This document shows, in pieces, positions 47,218 through 56,025 of a DNA stretch of 64,000 nt. A model generated the notes under the pieces. It was not told the DNA's origin. It saw only the letters and a program-made list of their open reading frames with translations, and did not search any database. Both the position numbers and the translations under genes were made by a program. The stretch lies in contig CAZDYI010000105.1 of NCBI GenBank assembly GCA_964509765.1, forward strand, positions 1,999-65,998, written 5' to 3'. Numbering within the stretch: position 1 is the stretch's first letter; each line of letters starts with the position of its first letter. This DNA is from an uncultured Gammaproteobacteria bacterium (GTDB lineage: Bacteria; Pseudomonadota; Gammaproteobacteria; Tethybacterales; Tethybacteraceae).

Positions 47218-48312
47218 ATGGGCGAGCTTGAGGAGCTGATCCGCTCGCGGATTGAATCCGGCGGCGGGTGGATTCCCTTAGAGGATTTCATGGAGGCCGC
47301 GCTGTTCGAGCCCGGGCTCGGCTACTACGCGAGCGGGCTCAACCCGCTCGGAGCGGGCGGCGACTTCACGACCGCCGCGCAGGAAAGCGAGCTGTACGCG
47401 CGCACCATTGCAAAGTGCGTTTCAGCGGCGATGCCCGATGGCGGAAGCCTGCTTGAGATCGGAGGCGGAAGCGGAACGTTCCTGTCGGCTCTGGCCTCGG
47501 AGCTTGCACGGGGCGGGACGGAGCCTCCATTGCTTTCGCTAGAAACGAGTCCGGGCCTTCAGGATGCGCAGCGCAAGAGCCTCGAGCGCGCCGGGCTTGC
47601 GGACCGCTGCAATTTCGTCGACGAAATGCCGCAGGGATTCAAGGGCGTTGCCGTCGCAAGCGAGGTCCTGGACGCGCAGCCGTGCGAAGTCATCGCGCGC
47701 AGGAAGAACGGCTGGGTCAGGCGCGGGGTTTCAGTTGCCGAAGCCGGGGAGCTGTGCTGGGCCGACGGCCCTGCGGCAGACCCCAAGGACGCCGAGAGGG
47801 TTGACGGGCTGGATCTCCCGGAAGGCTACCAGCTGGAAGTCGGCCACCGCGCCGAGCGGATGGTCGCAGACGTCGCAGGCAAGATCGACGAGGGAACTTT
47901 CCTCATAATCGACTACGGCTTTCCCCGCAGGGAGCTGTACCACCCGCAACGTGCGCAGGGAACCCTCAACAGCCACGGCCGCCACCTGGCGAGGGAAGAC
48001 GTGCTGGAAAACCCTGGCGCCCAGGACATCAGCTTCCACGTGGACTTCACGGCCGTCGCGGAGTCGGCCGCGTCCGCAGGCGCGAAGGTTGCCGGCTACT
48101 CCCCCCAGGCGGCGTTCCTGCTCGAGCTCGGGATTTCAGAACTGGCAGACGGAGGCGACAGCCTTGCAGACAGGGCCCGCGCGAGCCACGAGCTGCAGAT
48201 GCTGCTCATGCCCCAGGAGATGGGCGAGCTGTTCAAGGTGATGGCACTGACAAAGGGCGACACCGCGCCTCCACCGGGCTTCTCCTTGGGGGACAGGTTG
48301 GGAACGCTATGA
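47218..48312 (+). CDS. Class I SAM-dependent methyltransferase, COG1565/NDUFAF7 (MidA)-like
   Basis: 364 aa (FMEAALFEPGLGYYAS, GDFTTAAQESELYA, LLEIGGGSGTF). Confidence 0.7.
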   Translation: MGELEELIRSRIESGGGWIPLEDFMEAALFEPGLGYYASGLNPLGAGGDFTTAAQESELYARTIAKCVSAAMPDGGSLLEIGGGSGTFLSALASELARGGTEPPLLSLETSPGLQDAQRKSLERAGLADRCNFVDEMPQGFKGVAVASEVLDAQPCEVIARRKNGWVRRGVSVAEAGELCWADGPAADPKDAERVDGLDLPEGYQLEVGHRAERMVADVAGKIDEGTFLIIDYGFPRRELYHPQRAQGTLNSHGRHLAREDVLENPGAQDISFHVDFTAVAESAASAGAKVAGYSPQAAFLLELGISELADGGDSLADRARASHELQMLLMPQEMGELFKVMALTKGDTAPPPGFSLGDRLGTL

Positions 48313-48384
48313 TCTGAGAGGCGACCTGTAATTCAGCTGGAAAAGCAATCAGTTGAAGAAGAAACCTATGAGTAGCAGCCAAGG

Positions 48385-49185
48385 CTATTTTTGGGGCTGG
48401 CCGCTTGCCTTCCCTCGCCGTTTCGGCTTCTCGAGGACGTCGAGTCTTTTCTCGAGCTCCTTGATCCTTTCGGAGAGTACCTCGACCTCGTCCTCGCATT
48501 CCCCGACCGACTCCCCGTAGGCGGAGAACTTGCGGTCCTTGCCCTTGCCGCCGCGCTCGGAGACCTCGTGACCCGGAACGCCGACGACGGTCGCCCCAGC
48601 CGCTACGTCCTTGACGACCACCGCGTTCGACCCGATCCGGGCGCCCTCGCCCACCTCTATCGGCCCGAGCACCTTCGCGCCCGCCCCGATCACCACGCCG
48701 TCGCGGATCGTCGGGTGGCGCTTGCCCTTGTCGGTCTGGGTGATGCCGCCGAGCGTGACTCCCTGGTAGACCGAGACGTCGTCGCCGATGACGGTCGTCC
48801 CGCCGAAGACGATGCCCATGCCGTGGTCGATGAACAGGCGCCTGCCGACCTCCACCTGGGGATGGATCTCGACGCCGAACAGCCACCTGCCAATGTTGGA
48901 GAGCATGCGCGCGAGCAGCTTGAGGCGCATCCTCCAAAGGAAGTTACACATCTTGTGCCACATGACAGCGTGCAGGCCGGTCGAGGTGAGCGCGACCTCT
49001 AGCCTGTTGCGCGCCGCGGGGTCGCGGTCCATGTAGGCGTCAAGCATCGTGTTCATGTCGCGCACCCAGCCGGGGCGCTGCTCGTCCAGGTCGAACGGCT
49101 GCGCGGCGGAGCCTTCGCTCGCGTCCTTTCTATCGGCGCCGGACGGCGCGCTCATGTCGCCCTTGCCTGGCGTTGCCTCGCTCAT
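48385..49185 (-). CDS. cysE: Serine O-acetyltransferase with extended charged C-terminal tail
   Basis: 266 aa with the left-handed beta-helix hexapeptide region (GVEIHPQVEVGRRLFIDHGMGIVFGGTTVIGDDVSVYQGVTLGG, RHPTIRDGVVIGAGAKVLG). Confidence 0.88.
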   Translation of the reverse strand: MSEATPGKGDMSAPSGADRKDASEGSAAQPFDLDEQRPGWVRDMNTMLDAYMDRDPAARNRLEVALTSTGLHAVMWHKMCNFLWRMRLKLLARMLSNIGRWLFGVEIHPQVEVGRRLFIDHGMGIVFGGTTVIGDDVSVYQGVTLGGITQTDKGKRHPTIRDGVVIGAGAKVLGPIEVGEGARIGSNAVVVKDVAAGATVVGVPGHEVSERGGKGKDRKFSAYGESVGECEDEVEVLSERIKELEKRLDVLEKPKRRGKASGQPQK

Positions 49186-49195
49186 GCCGCTGCGG

Positions 49196-49201
49196 ATTCT
49201 A
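49196..49201 (-). promoter_or_regulatory. -10-like TAGAAT box 10 nt upstream of the cysE ATG
   Basis: Minus strand reads CATAGAATCCGCAGCGGCATG, with no SD. The 15-mer ATAGAATCCGCAGCG is identical to the one at 17997-18011. Confidence 0.35.
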
Positions 49202-49240
49202 TGTTTGCCGGCCGGGCCGGCTTCCGGGGGCCCGACTCGC

Positions 49241-50686
49241 CTACAGCAGCTTCGTCGTCTGCCCCGACATCACGCCCGATATGTCCTTGCGGACGTAGAT
49301 GAGCAGTGCGAGGCTCGGCAGCACCATCAGGGTGGTGATCACGAAGAACAGCGACCAGTTGCCGCCGAGGCCGTCGACCATAGCCCCGCTCGCCGCAGCC
49401 AGCGTGGTTCGCGACAGGTTGCCTATCGACGCCAGCGCCGCGTACTGCGTTGCCGCATACGCCCGCTCGCAAAGCTGCGACAGGAAAGCGACGAGCGCCA
49501 CCGTCGACACCGCGGTGGTGAACTGGTCGGTGACGACCGCGACCGCGAACAGCCACTCGGACGGGTCGACCGCAAGCCAGGCGAACAGCAGGTTGGTCGA
49601 CGCCATGGCGATGCCGCCGACGAGCAGCCCCTTGTACAGGCCGAAGCGCGCGTTGATGAAGCTGCCGAGCACGGCAAACACGCACAGCGAAAGCGTCCCG
49701 TAGCCCTTGGAGTACAGCGCGATGTCCGACTTGCTGAAGCCGACCTCCTTGTAGAAGATGATTGACATCCGGCCGAGGAACGCCTCGCCGATCTTGAACA
49801 GGAACACAAGCACCAGGATGGTGATCCCGATCCTGATCCCGTAGTTGACCACGAAGCTCTTGACCGGGTCGACAAAGATGCTCACGAAGCGCGCGGCTGC
49901 CGCGGCCGCGCCGCCCTCGAGCTCCGCGGCCGGCTTGCGGTCGGGCTCGCGCACGAAGGCAAGCAACATTACCACGCACAGGACGACGACCAGCGACATC
50001 ACAAGGTAGGTCATCTGCCAGTACCGCTCGAGTCCCACTGACATCTCGAAGAACTCGGCGACGACGAGGCCGACCGCGCCGAAGCCGCCGAAGCCGATCC
50101 ACCATCCGGAGGTCGCCATCGCCGAGCCCGCCCCGACCTTGCCGGTCTCGAGCCGGCCGATCAGCTCGATCCGCAGCGCGTCCACCGCGACGTCCTGCGT
50201 CGCGCTGCACAGCGCGATCAAAAAGGCGAGCACGGAGACGACCGCGAGCTGGCTCTTCGGCTCGACGAAGAACATCAGGACCATCAGCACGAAGATGCAC
50301 GCCTGCATCAGGACGATCCACGACCGCCGCTGCCCGAGCCTGGACAGGAAGGGTATCTTCACCGAGTCGATCAGCGGCGCCCAGAACAGGTTGAAGGCGT
50401 AGACGGTGAACACCAGGCCGAACAGGCCGATGCCGGTGCGCGAGAGCCCCTCGGCCTTGAGCCAGAGGGACATCATCGATGCGATCAGGATCCACGGGAA
50501 GCCCGAGATGATCCCGATCAGGAGGATCTTCGCCATCCTCGAGTCCTTGTACAGGAGGAGGAGCTCGGAAAAGCTCGTTGCGGTCCCGCTCGTCAGCCCG
50601 GGGTTTTCCTCGGGGGGCCTTTCGCCCGCGGCGACAGCCTCTGTTGCCGCCGGAAGGTCCGGGTCTGGCTTGTTCTCCTCGCTCAT
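49241..50686 (-). CDS. ampG: MFS transporter, AmpG-like (muropeptide permease family)
   Basis: 481 aa with 12 or more TM segments. N-terminal AmpG-like block (ISGFPWILIASMMSLWLKAEGLSRTGIGLFGLVFTVYAFNLFWAPLIDS). Confidence 0.7.
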   Translation of the reverse strand: MSEENKPDPDLPAATEAVAAGERPPEENPGLTSGTATSFSELLLLYKDSRMAKILLIGIISGFPWILIASMMSLWLKAEGLSRTGIGLFGLVFTVYAFNLFWAPLIDSVKIPFLSRLGQRRSWIVLMQACIFVLMVLMFFVEPKSQLAVVSVLAFLIALCSATQDVAVDALRIELIGRLETGKVGAGSAMATSGWWIGFGGFGAVGLVVAEFFEMSVGLERYWQMTYLVMSLVVVLCVVMLLAFVREPDRKPAAELEGGAAAAAARFVSIFVDPVKSFVVNYGIRIGITILVLVFLFKIGEAFLGRMSIIFYKEVGFSKSDIALYSKGYGTLSLCVFAVLGSFINARFGLYKGLLVGGIAMASTNLLFAWLAVDPSEWLFAVAVVTDQFTTAVSTVALVAFLSQLCERAYAATQYAALASIGNLSRTTLAAASGAMVDGLGGNWSLFFVITTLMVLPSLALLIYVRKDISGVMSGQTTKLL

Positions 50687-50734
50687 CGCTCTCCCTGCCC
50701 CAGGCGCGTTTCCGGGTTGACGATCCGGAACCGC

Positions 50735-51598
50735 CTAGCCTTGGATTTTCGCATGTATCATCGTTCCGGCGCCCTGGTCGGTGAGCAGCTCGAGCAGCAG
50801 GGCATGCGGCCTGCCGCCCTTGAGTATCCGTCCGGACGGAACCCCGCCCTCCACCGCGGACAGGGCGCAGGCGACCTTCGGGAGCATGCCGCCCTCGATC
50901 ACTCCGTCGGCGACGAGCCGCTCGGCCTCGTCGACGGACAGGTCCTCGACGGTCCTGCCGTCGCTTCCCTGCACGCCGTCGGTGTCGGTGAGCATCAGCA
51001 GCGCCTCGCACCCGAGGGCGACCGCCATCGCCGCGGCGGTCTCGTCGGCGTTGATGTTCAGCGCCTTTCCGTCCGGGCCGGACCCGAGCGGGGCCACCAC
51101 CGGGACCACTCCGTCGGCCAGGGCGTTGACGCTCGCAGGGTTGACCGACGTGACCGTTCCGACCAGGCCGTAGTCGGTCTCCGGGTCCTCCTTGCGCTGC
51201 GCACGGACCAGGTGCCCCTCCCTTCCGCTCAGGCCCTCGGCCTGCGCTCCGGCCTCCCTGAGCGCCGCGACTATGTCGCGGTTGACCTCGCCGAACAGCA
51301 CGCGCTCGACGACCTCGAGGGTCGCCTCGTCGGTCACCCTGATTCCCCTGACCTTTCGCTCCTCGATTCCGGCCCGCTCGAGCTCCGTCCCGATCTGCGG
51401 CCCGCCGCCGTGGACGACGACGATGCCGATGCCGACGGCCGACAGCAGCCCGACGTCCCTGGCGAACGCCTGAAGCAACTCGCGCTCGGTCAGCGCGGCG
51501 CCGCCGATCTTGACGAGTACCCTCTTGCCGCGGTACCTGCGTATGAACGGCAGGGCCTCCGCGATTATCCGCACCCGCTCCTGCAGTTCCGCGGCCAT
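50735..51598 (-). CDS. argB: Acetylglutamate kinase
   Basis: 287 aa (LPFIRRYRGKRVLVKIGG, VVVHGGGPQIG, NINADETAAA). Confidence 0.93.
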   Translation of the reverse strand: MAAELQERVRIIAEALPFIRRYRGKRVLVKIGGAALTERELLQAFARDVGLLSAVGIGIVVVHGGGPQIGTELERAGIEERKVRGIRVTDEATLEVVERVLFGEVNRDIVAALREAGAQAEGLSGREGHLVRAQRKEDPETDYGLVGTVTSVNPASVNALADGVVPVVAPLGSGPDGKALNINADETAAAMAVALGCEALLMLTDTDGVQGSDGRTVEDLSVDEAERLVADGVIEGGMLPKVACALSAVEGGVPSGRILKGGRPHALLLELLTDQGAGTMIHAKIQG

Positions 51599-51607
51599 CG
51601 CCTCCCC

Positions 51608-52471
51608 CTAGCCGGCCGCAGCGGCGATCGCCGCCGCCTCCACGCTTGTCTCAACGAGCGCCGCGCCCTCGCGGATGAGCAGGTTGCATCCCCTGCCCGC
51701 GTCGTTCGACGGGTCCGCCGGAACGGCCGCAACCTCGCAGCCCATGTCGCCGGCGTCGCCGGCTAGCAGCAGCGTGTCGCAGTTTGCGGGAGCCTCTACG
51801 ACCAAAAGCAAGTCGGCGACCGCCGGAAGCAGGCGGTGCCTTCTCGAGTAGCCGCCGGAGCCGGGCCCGGTTCGCGGCGCGTGCTCGGAGACCAGCAGGC
51901 CGGCGGTTGCGACGTCCTCTGTCAGGCGCATGCCCTCCCACGACGCGGGCGTGCCGACCACGCCGACCGCCGCCTTGCCCGCGGACAGCGCGCCCTTTAG
52001 CGCCGCCCCGCCGATCCCGGGCGACAGCCCGGCCGCGACCGCGACGCCCTCCCCCGCCAGCTCGTGCGCGAACGTCCTCGCCCGCACGGAGCCGGACTCG
52101 GTCGGCCGAGGGGTCCCGGTCATCGCGACGACCGTGCGGTCGAGAAGCGACATGTCGCCCCTGGCGTAGACCGCAAGCGGCGCGTCCGCAAGCCGGTCGA
52201 AGATCTTCTTCGGGTAGTCCTCATCGCCGAGAAACAGGCACCGGCCGCCGCTTTCCGCCGCCCAGTCGAGCACGCCGTCGATCGTCGCGGGCTCGACCCG
52301 GTCCTTGAGCGGCTGCGCCTCCTCGCTTACCCTCCTCAGGTCGCTGACCGAGCGCTCGAGTACAGACTCGGGCGAGCCGAACTCGCGCAGCCAGTCGAGC
52401 TTTGCCGAGATCGACACCCCCGGCACCAGCGCCAGCTCGAGCCACGCGCGGGTATGGGATTCATCTGCCAC
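51608..52471 (-). CDS. dprA: DNA-processing protein DprA/Smf (divergent member)
   Basis: Rossmann-like DprA core (VAVAAGLSPGIGGAALKGAL, LLLVVEAPANCDTLLLAGDAGDMGCEVAAVP, GCNLLIREGAAL). Divergent from def-fmt, as in E. coli smf. Start set at GTG 52469-52471; it is uncertain. Confidence 0.72.
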   Translation of the reverse strand: MADESHTRAWLELALVPGVSISAKLDWLREFGSPESVLERSVSDLRRVSEEAQPLKDRVEPATIDGVLDWAAESGGRCLFLGDEDYPKKIFDRLADAPLAVYARGDMSLLDRTVVAMTGTPRPTESGSVRARTFAHELAGEGVAVAAGLSPGIGGAALKGALSAGKAAVGVVGTPASWEGMRLTEDVATAGLLVSEHAPRTGPGSGGYSRRHRLLPAVADLLLVVEAPANCDTLLLAGDAGDMGCEVAAVPADPSNDAGRGCNLLIREGAALVETSVEAAAIAAAAG

Positions 52472-52552
52472 CGAGTCTGAAATCGCCCGTCGATCCCGTA
52501 ATATACTGCATTGAGCGGACCTGCCGTGCGTCCGGAACCGAAGGAATCGCCC

Positions 52553-53074
52553 GTGAAGCTGCTGCATTACCCGGACAACGCCCTGGTGCGGGCCGCCGAG
52601 CGCGTGGAGGATCCAGGCGAGTCCGCAGCCGACGTCGCGCGGGAGATGGTAGCGGTGATGAGGGAGCACTCAGGCATCGGGCTTGCCGCAAACCAGGTCG
52701 GGATGCTCAAGCGAATCGTCGTCGCGGACGTCACCGGCGGGGAGCAGACGCCGATGTTGCTCGCCAACCCCGAGATACTCGAAAGCTCCAGGGAAACGAA
52801 CGTCCACGAGGAAGGCTGCCTTTCCCTGCCCGGGATCGTCGCGCAGGTCAAGAGGCCTGCGAGGGTCAAGGTCAGGGCCCACGACCTGGCCATCGGCAGG
52901 CCGGTCGAGTTCACCGCCTTCGGGATGCTTGCGACCTGCCTGCAGCACGAGGTCGACCACCTAGACGGAATCCTGTTCGTCGACCGCGTGTCCAGGCTCA
53001 AGCGCGCGAGGCTGCTGAGCAAGTACCGCAAGGCCGCGAAGCGGGACAAGGAGCCGGAAGCGCAGGCGGCATGA
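52553..53074 (+). CDS. def: Peptide deformylase
   Basis: 173 aa from GTG 52553, with SD GAAGGA upstream. Motifs GIGLAANQVG, EGCLS and QHEVDHLDG. Confidence 0.93.
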   Translation: MKLLHYPDNALVRAAERVEDPGESAADVAREMVAVMREHSGIGLAANQVGMLKRIVVADVTGGEQTPMLLANPEILESSRETNVHEEGCLSLPGIVAQVKRPARVKVRAHDLAIGRPVEFTAFGMLATCLQHEVDHLDGILFVDRVSRLKRARLLSKYRKAAKRDKEPEAQAA

Positions 53075-54027
53075 GGCGGGTCGCCTTCCTGGGCGGCGAC
53101 GCCTTTGCGGTCCCCGCGCTGAACGCCCTCGCGTCCCATGCCGGCTGCGACCCGGTCTTGGTCGCATGCCCGGCGGAGCGCCCTTCGGGCCGCGGGATGA
53201 AGGTCCGGCAAGGGCCGGTTCCGCAGGCGGCTGAAGGACTCGGGCTGGAGTGCATGCGCCTTGCGAACCCGGACGAGGTTGACGAGGCGCTCGAAGCGGC
53301 CGGGGCGGACGTCTGCGTGGTGTGCGCGTTCGGCATGAAGCTCGGCGCGCGCGCGCTTGCCGCGCCGCGGTTCGGCTGCATAAACATCCACGCCTCACTG
53401 CTCCCGCGCTGGAGGGGCGCGGCGCCTGTCGAGCGCGCGATCCTCGCGGGCGACGGAAGGACGGGAGTGACGATCATCCGGATCAACGAGCGGATCGACG
53501 CCGGCGACATGCTGCTTTCTGGCGGGACCGAGATCGGCCCGCAGGAGTCGGCCGGCGAGCTGCGCGGCCGGCTTGTGGAGATCGGCGCGAGATTGATGAT
53601 TGAGGCGATCGACGGGATCGAGGGCATCGAGCCTGTCCCGCAGGACGAGGGCAAGGCAACCCTGGCAAGAAAGATCCGCAAGGACGAGGCGCTCCTCGAC
53701 GTCAACGAGGACACAGCCGCCCTCTGCCGCAAGGTGCGCGCGTTTAACCCGCGGCCCGGCGCGAGCCTTGAGGCCTGCGGCGCGCGGCTGAAGGTCAACA
53801 GTGCCGAAGTAACAGACGCAAGCGGCAGGCCCGGCGAGCTGGCGTCGGTCGACGGTGACTCGGTGACGGTCTGCTGCGGCTCAGGAGGCATCAGGCTCCT
53901 TGAGGTCGTCCCGGCCGGGAGCAAGGCGATGTCCGCCGGATCGTGGCTCCGCGGGCTGCGCCCGCAGCCTGCCGTCGGCGACGCGGTCGCGCGGGGGCTA
54001 GAATCAGGGGAACTCGCGTCCTCGTAG
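53071..54027 (+). CDS. fmt: Methionyl-tRNA formyltransferase
   Basis: 318 aa from ATG 53071, with ATGA overlap to the def stop. Motifs INIHASLLPRWRGAAP and GVTIIRINERIDAGDM. Confidence 0.93.
   Translation: MRRVAFLGGDAFAVPALNALASHAGCDPVLVACPAERPSGRGMKVRQGPVPQAAEGLGLECMRLANPDEVDEALEAAGADVCVVCAFGMKLGARALAAPRFGCINIHASLLPRWRGAAPVERAILAGDGRTGVTIIRINERIDAGDMLLSGGTEIGPQESAGELRGRLVEIGARLMIEAIDGIEGIEPVPQDEGKATLARKIRKDEALLDVNEDTAALCRKVRAFNPRPGASLEACGARLKVNSAEVTDASGRPGELASVDGDSVTVCCGSGGIRLLEVVPAGSKAMSAGSWLRGLRPQPAVGDAVARGLESGELASS
53999..54004 (+). promoter_or_regulatory. -10-like TAGAAT box inside the fmt 3' end, 13 nt upstream of the mature tRNA-Arg 5' end
   Basis: Sequence GGCTAGAATCAGGGGAACTCGC precedes the tRNA acceptor stem. 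Confidence 0.4.
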
Positions 54028-54094
54028 CTCAGCTGGATAGAGCATATTCCTCCTAAGAATAGGGTCGCAGGTTCGAATCCTGCCGAGGACGCCA
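54018..54094 (+). tRNA. tRNA-Arg (anticodon CCU)
   Basis: GTCCTCGTAGCTCAGCTGGATAGAGCATATTCCTCCTAAGAATAGGGTCGCAGGTTCGAATCCTGCCGAGGACGCCA. Acceptor GTCCTCG/CGAGGAC, anticodon stem TATTC/GAATA, loop CTCCTAA, T-arm GCAGG/CCTGC, encoded CCA. Confidence 0.92.
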
Positions 54095-54179
54095 TCGACA
54101 AGCCCCAGGCATGCCGTTAGTTGCGGCGCGCGCTTCCCGCAATAGAATATCCCGCCCCGAATACCGACTGCAGAGCAAG

Positions 54180-54905
54180 ATGGCAGGCCACAGCAAATGG
54201 GCGAACATCCGCCACCGCAAGGAGCGGATGGACAACAAGCGCGGCAAGGCGTTCTCGCGGCTCGTCAAGGAGATCTACGTCGCGGCGAAGCTCGGCGGCG
54301 AGGAGGCAGCGTCCAACCCGCGGCTGCGGCTCGCGCTGCAGAAGGCCAAGGAGGCCAACCTTCCCAAGGACAACATCGAGAAGGCGATCAAGCGCGGGGC
54401 CGGCAAGCTCGACGGCGAGACCTACCAGGAGATCCGCTACGAGGGGCACGGGCCGTCCGGCATCGCCTTCATCGTCGACTGCCTGACCGACAACCGCAAC
54501 CGGACGACCGCCGCGGTGCGCCACGCATTCAGCAAGCACGGCGGCTCGCTCGGCACCGACGGCTCGGTGTCGTACATGTTCGAGCGGGTCGGGCAGATCG
54601 TCTACGCCCCGCGCGAGGACGGCGAGAAGGTCGCCGACAGGGCGATCGAGCTCGGCGCGAGCGACATCACGGTCGAGGACGACGGCAGCATCGAGGTGCT
54701 CGTCGGGACCGAGGACTTCCACGAGGTCCTGAAGCAGCTCGAGGACGGCGGGCTCGCGCCGGACTCGGCCGAGGTGGTGATGCGCCCGAGCAGCAGCATC
54801 GAGGTCGACGGCGAGTCCGAGCCCAAGGTGCGCAACCTCCTCGAGGCGCTGGAGGAGTGCGACGACACCCAGCAGGTCTACAGCAACGCACAGCTCGACG
54901 ATTAG
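54180..54905 (+). CDS. yebC: YebC/PmpR family DNA-binding regulatory protein
   Basis: 241 aa starting MAGHSKWANIRHRKERMDNKRGK. Upstream of ruvC, as in E. coli. Confidence 0.93.
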   Translation: MAGHSKWANIRHRKERMDNKRGKAFSRLVKEIYVAAKLGGEEAASNPRLRLALQKAKEANLPKDNIEKAIKRGAGKLDGETYQEIRYEGHGPSGIAFIVDCLTDNRNRTTAAVRHAFSKHGGSLGTDGSVSYMFERVGQIVYAPREDGEKVADRAIELGASDITVEDDGSIEVLVGTEDFHEVLKQLEDGGLAPDSAEVVMRPSSSIEVDGESEPKVRNLLEALEECDDTQQVYSNAQLDD

Positions 54906-54912
54906 CGGCAAG

Positions 54913-55425
54913 GTGGTGATAGGAGTCGATCCGGGCCTGGCCCGGACCGGCATAGGCGTGATCAGCATCAACGGCGGCACGATCAGCTGCGTGCACCACG
55001 AGGTTGTCCGCACCTCGGCCGACGAGCGGCTCGACCGGCGGCTCGCGAAGATCAGCAGGAGCGTGTCCGCCGCATGCAAGGCGCACGCGCCGTCGATCGG
55101 AGCGGTCGAGCACACCTTCATCAACGAGAACCCCGCCTCCTCGCTCGCTCTCGGCCAGGCGCGCGGCGCGGCGATCGCGGCGCTGGGCGTCGCCGGGATC
55201 AGCGTGAGCGAGGTCGCTCCGAACACGGTCAAGAGGACAGTAACGGGCGACACGCTCGCGAGCAAGGCGCTGGTCGCCACGATGGTGCGCTCGATCCTGC
55301 GCATCCCGAGCTCGGAGAAGCTCGCAGCCGACGCGAGCGACGCGCTCGCGGTCGCGATCAGCCACTACTCGGTCGGCCACAAGAGGATGCGGCTGCGCGG
55401 CCGGGGGCGGAGGCACGGCCGGTGA
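54913..55425 (+). CDS. ruvC: Holliday junction resolvase RuvC
   Basis: 170 aa, GTG start (VIGVDPGLARTGIGVI, AVEHTFINENPASSLALGQARG, ADASDALAVAISH). Confidence 0.92.
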   Translation: MVIGVDPGLARTGIGVISINGGTISCVHHEVVRTSADERLDRRLAKISRSVSAACKAHAPSIGAVEHTFINENPASSLALGQARGAAIAALGVAGISVSEVAPNTVKRTVTGDTLASKALVATMVRSILRIPSSEKLAADASDALAVAISHYSVGHKRMRLRGRGRRHGR

Positions 55426-55994
55426 TCGCCTCGCTGCGCGGAACGATAGTCTCGGCCACCCCGCCGGTGCTGGTCCTAGACTGCAACGGCGTCGGCTACG
55501 AGGTCTGGATGCCGGCGAGCTCGTTCGCGTCGATGCCGGCCGCGGGCGAGACGCTCCGCGTCCACACCACCCTTGTCGTCCGCGACGACTCGCACAGCCT
55601 CTACGGCTTCCTCGAGGCGCACGAGAAGGAGCTGTTTTTGAACCTGATCCGCATCAGCGGGATCGGAGCGAAGGGCGCGCTCGCCCTTTTGTCCGGCTTG
55701 GACGCCGCGGCGCTCGCCCGCGCGGTCGACACCCGCGACGCGAAGATCCTGATGCGCGCGCCCGGCATCGGGCGCAAGACCGCCGAGCGGATCATCGTCG
55801 AGCTGCGTGACAAGAAGGTGCTGCACCACGTCCCGGCCGAGACGCCGGTGCTCGCGCAGGCCGTCGAGGGACTCATCGCGCTAGGCTACCCGGCGAGCCA
55901 GGCGCGCGCCGCCCTGGCGGGCGTAGAGGTCGCGGGCGCGGACGCCGCGACCCTGATCAAGCAGGCATTGGCGAACCTGTCCAACCCTGCCTGA
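55422..55994 (+). CDS. ruvA: Holliday junction DNA helicase subunit RuvA
   Basis: 190 aa from GTG 55422, with GTGA overlap to the ruvC stop (IASLRGTIV, GVGYEVWMP, ISGIGAKGALALLS, PGIGRKTAERII). Confidence 0.92.
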   Translation: MIASLRGTIVSATPPVLVLDCNGVGYEVWMPASSFASMPAAGETLRVHTTLVVRDDSHSLYGFLEAHEKELFLNLIRISGIGAKGALALLSGLDAAALARAVDTRDAKILMRAPGIGRKTAERIIVELRDKKVLHHVPAETPVLAQAVEGLIALGYPASQARAALAGVEVAGADAATLIKQALANLSNPA

Positions 55995-56025
55995 GCCCGC
56001 ACCCGACCGCAGCGCCAGCCCTCCC

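Noticed and set aside
48313-48384. Locally AT-richer 72-nt spacer between the methyltransferase and cysE 3' ends, containing CAGCTG-N10-CAGTTG. Considered as a small RNA or terminator.
   Set aside because: The stem needs a G-U pair, has a 10-nt loop and has no U-tract on either strand. It is too weak to call.
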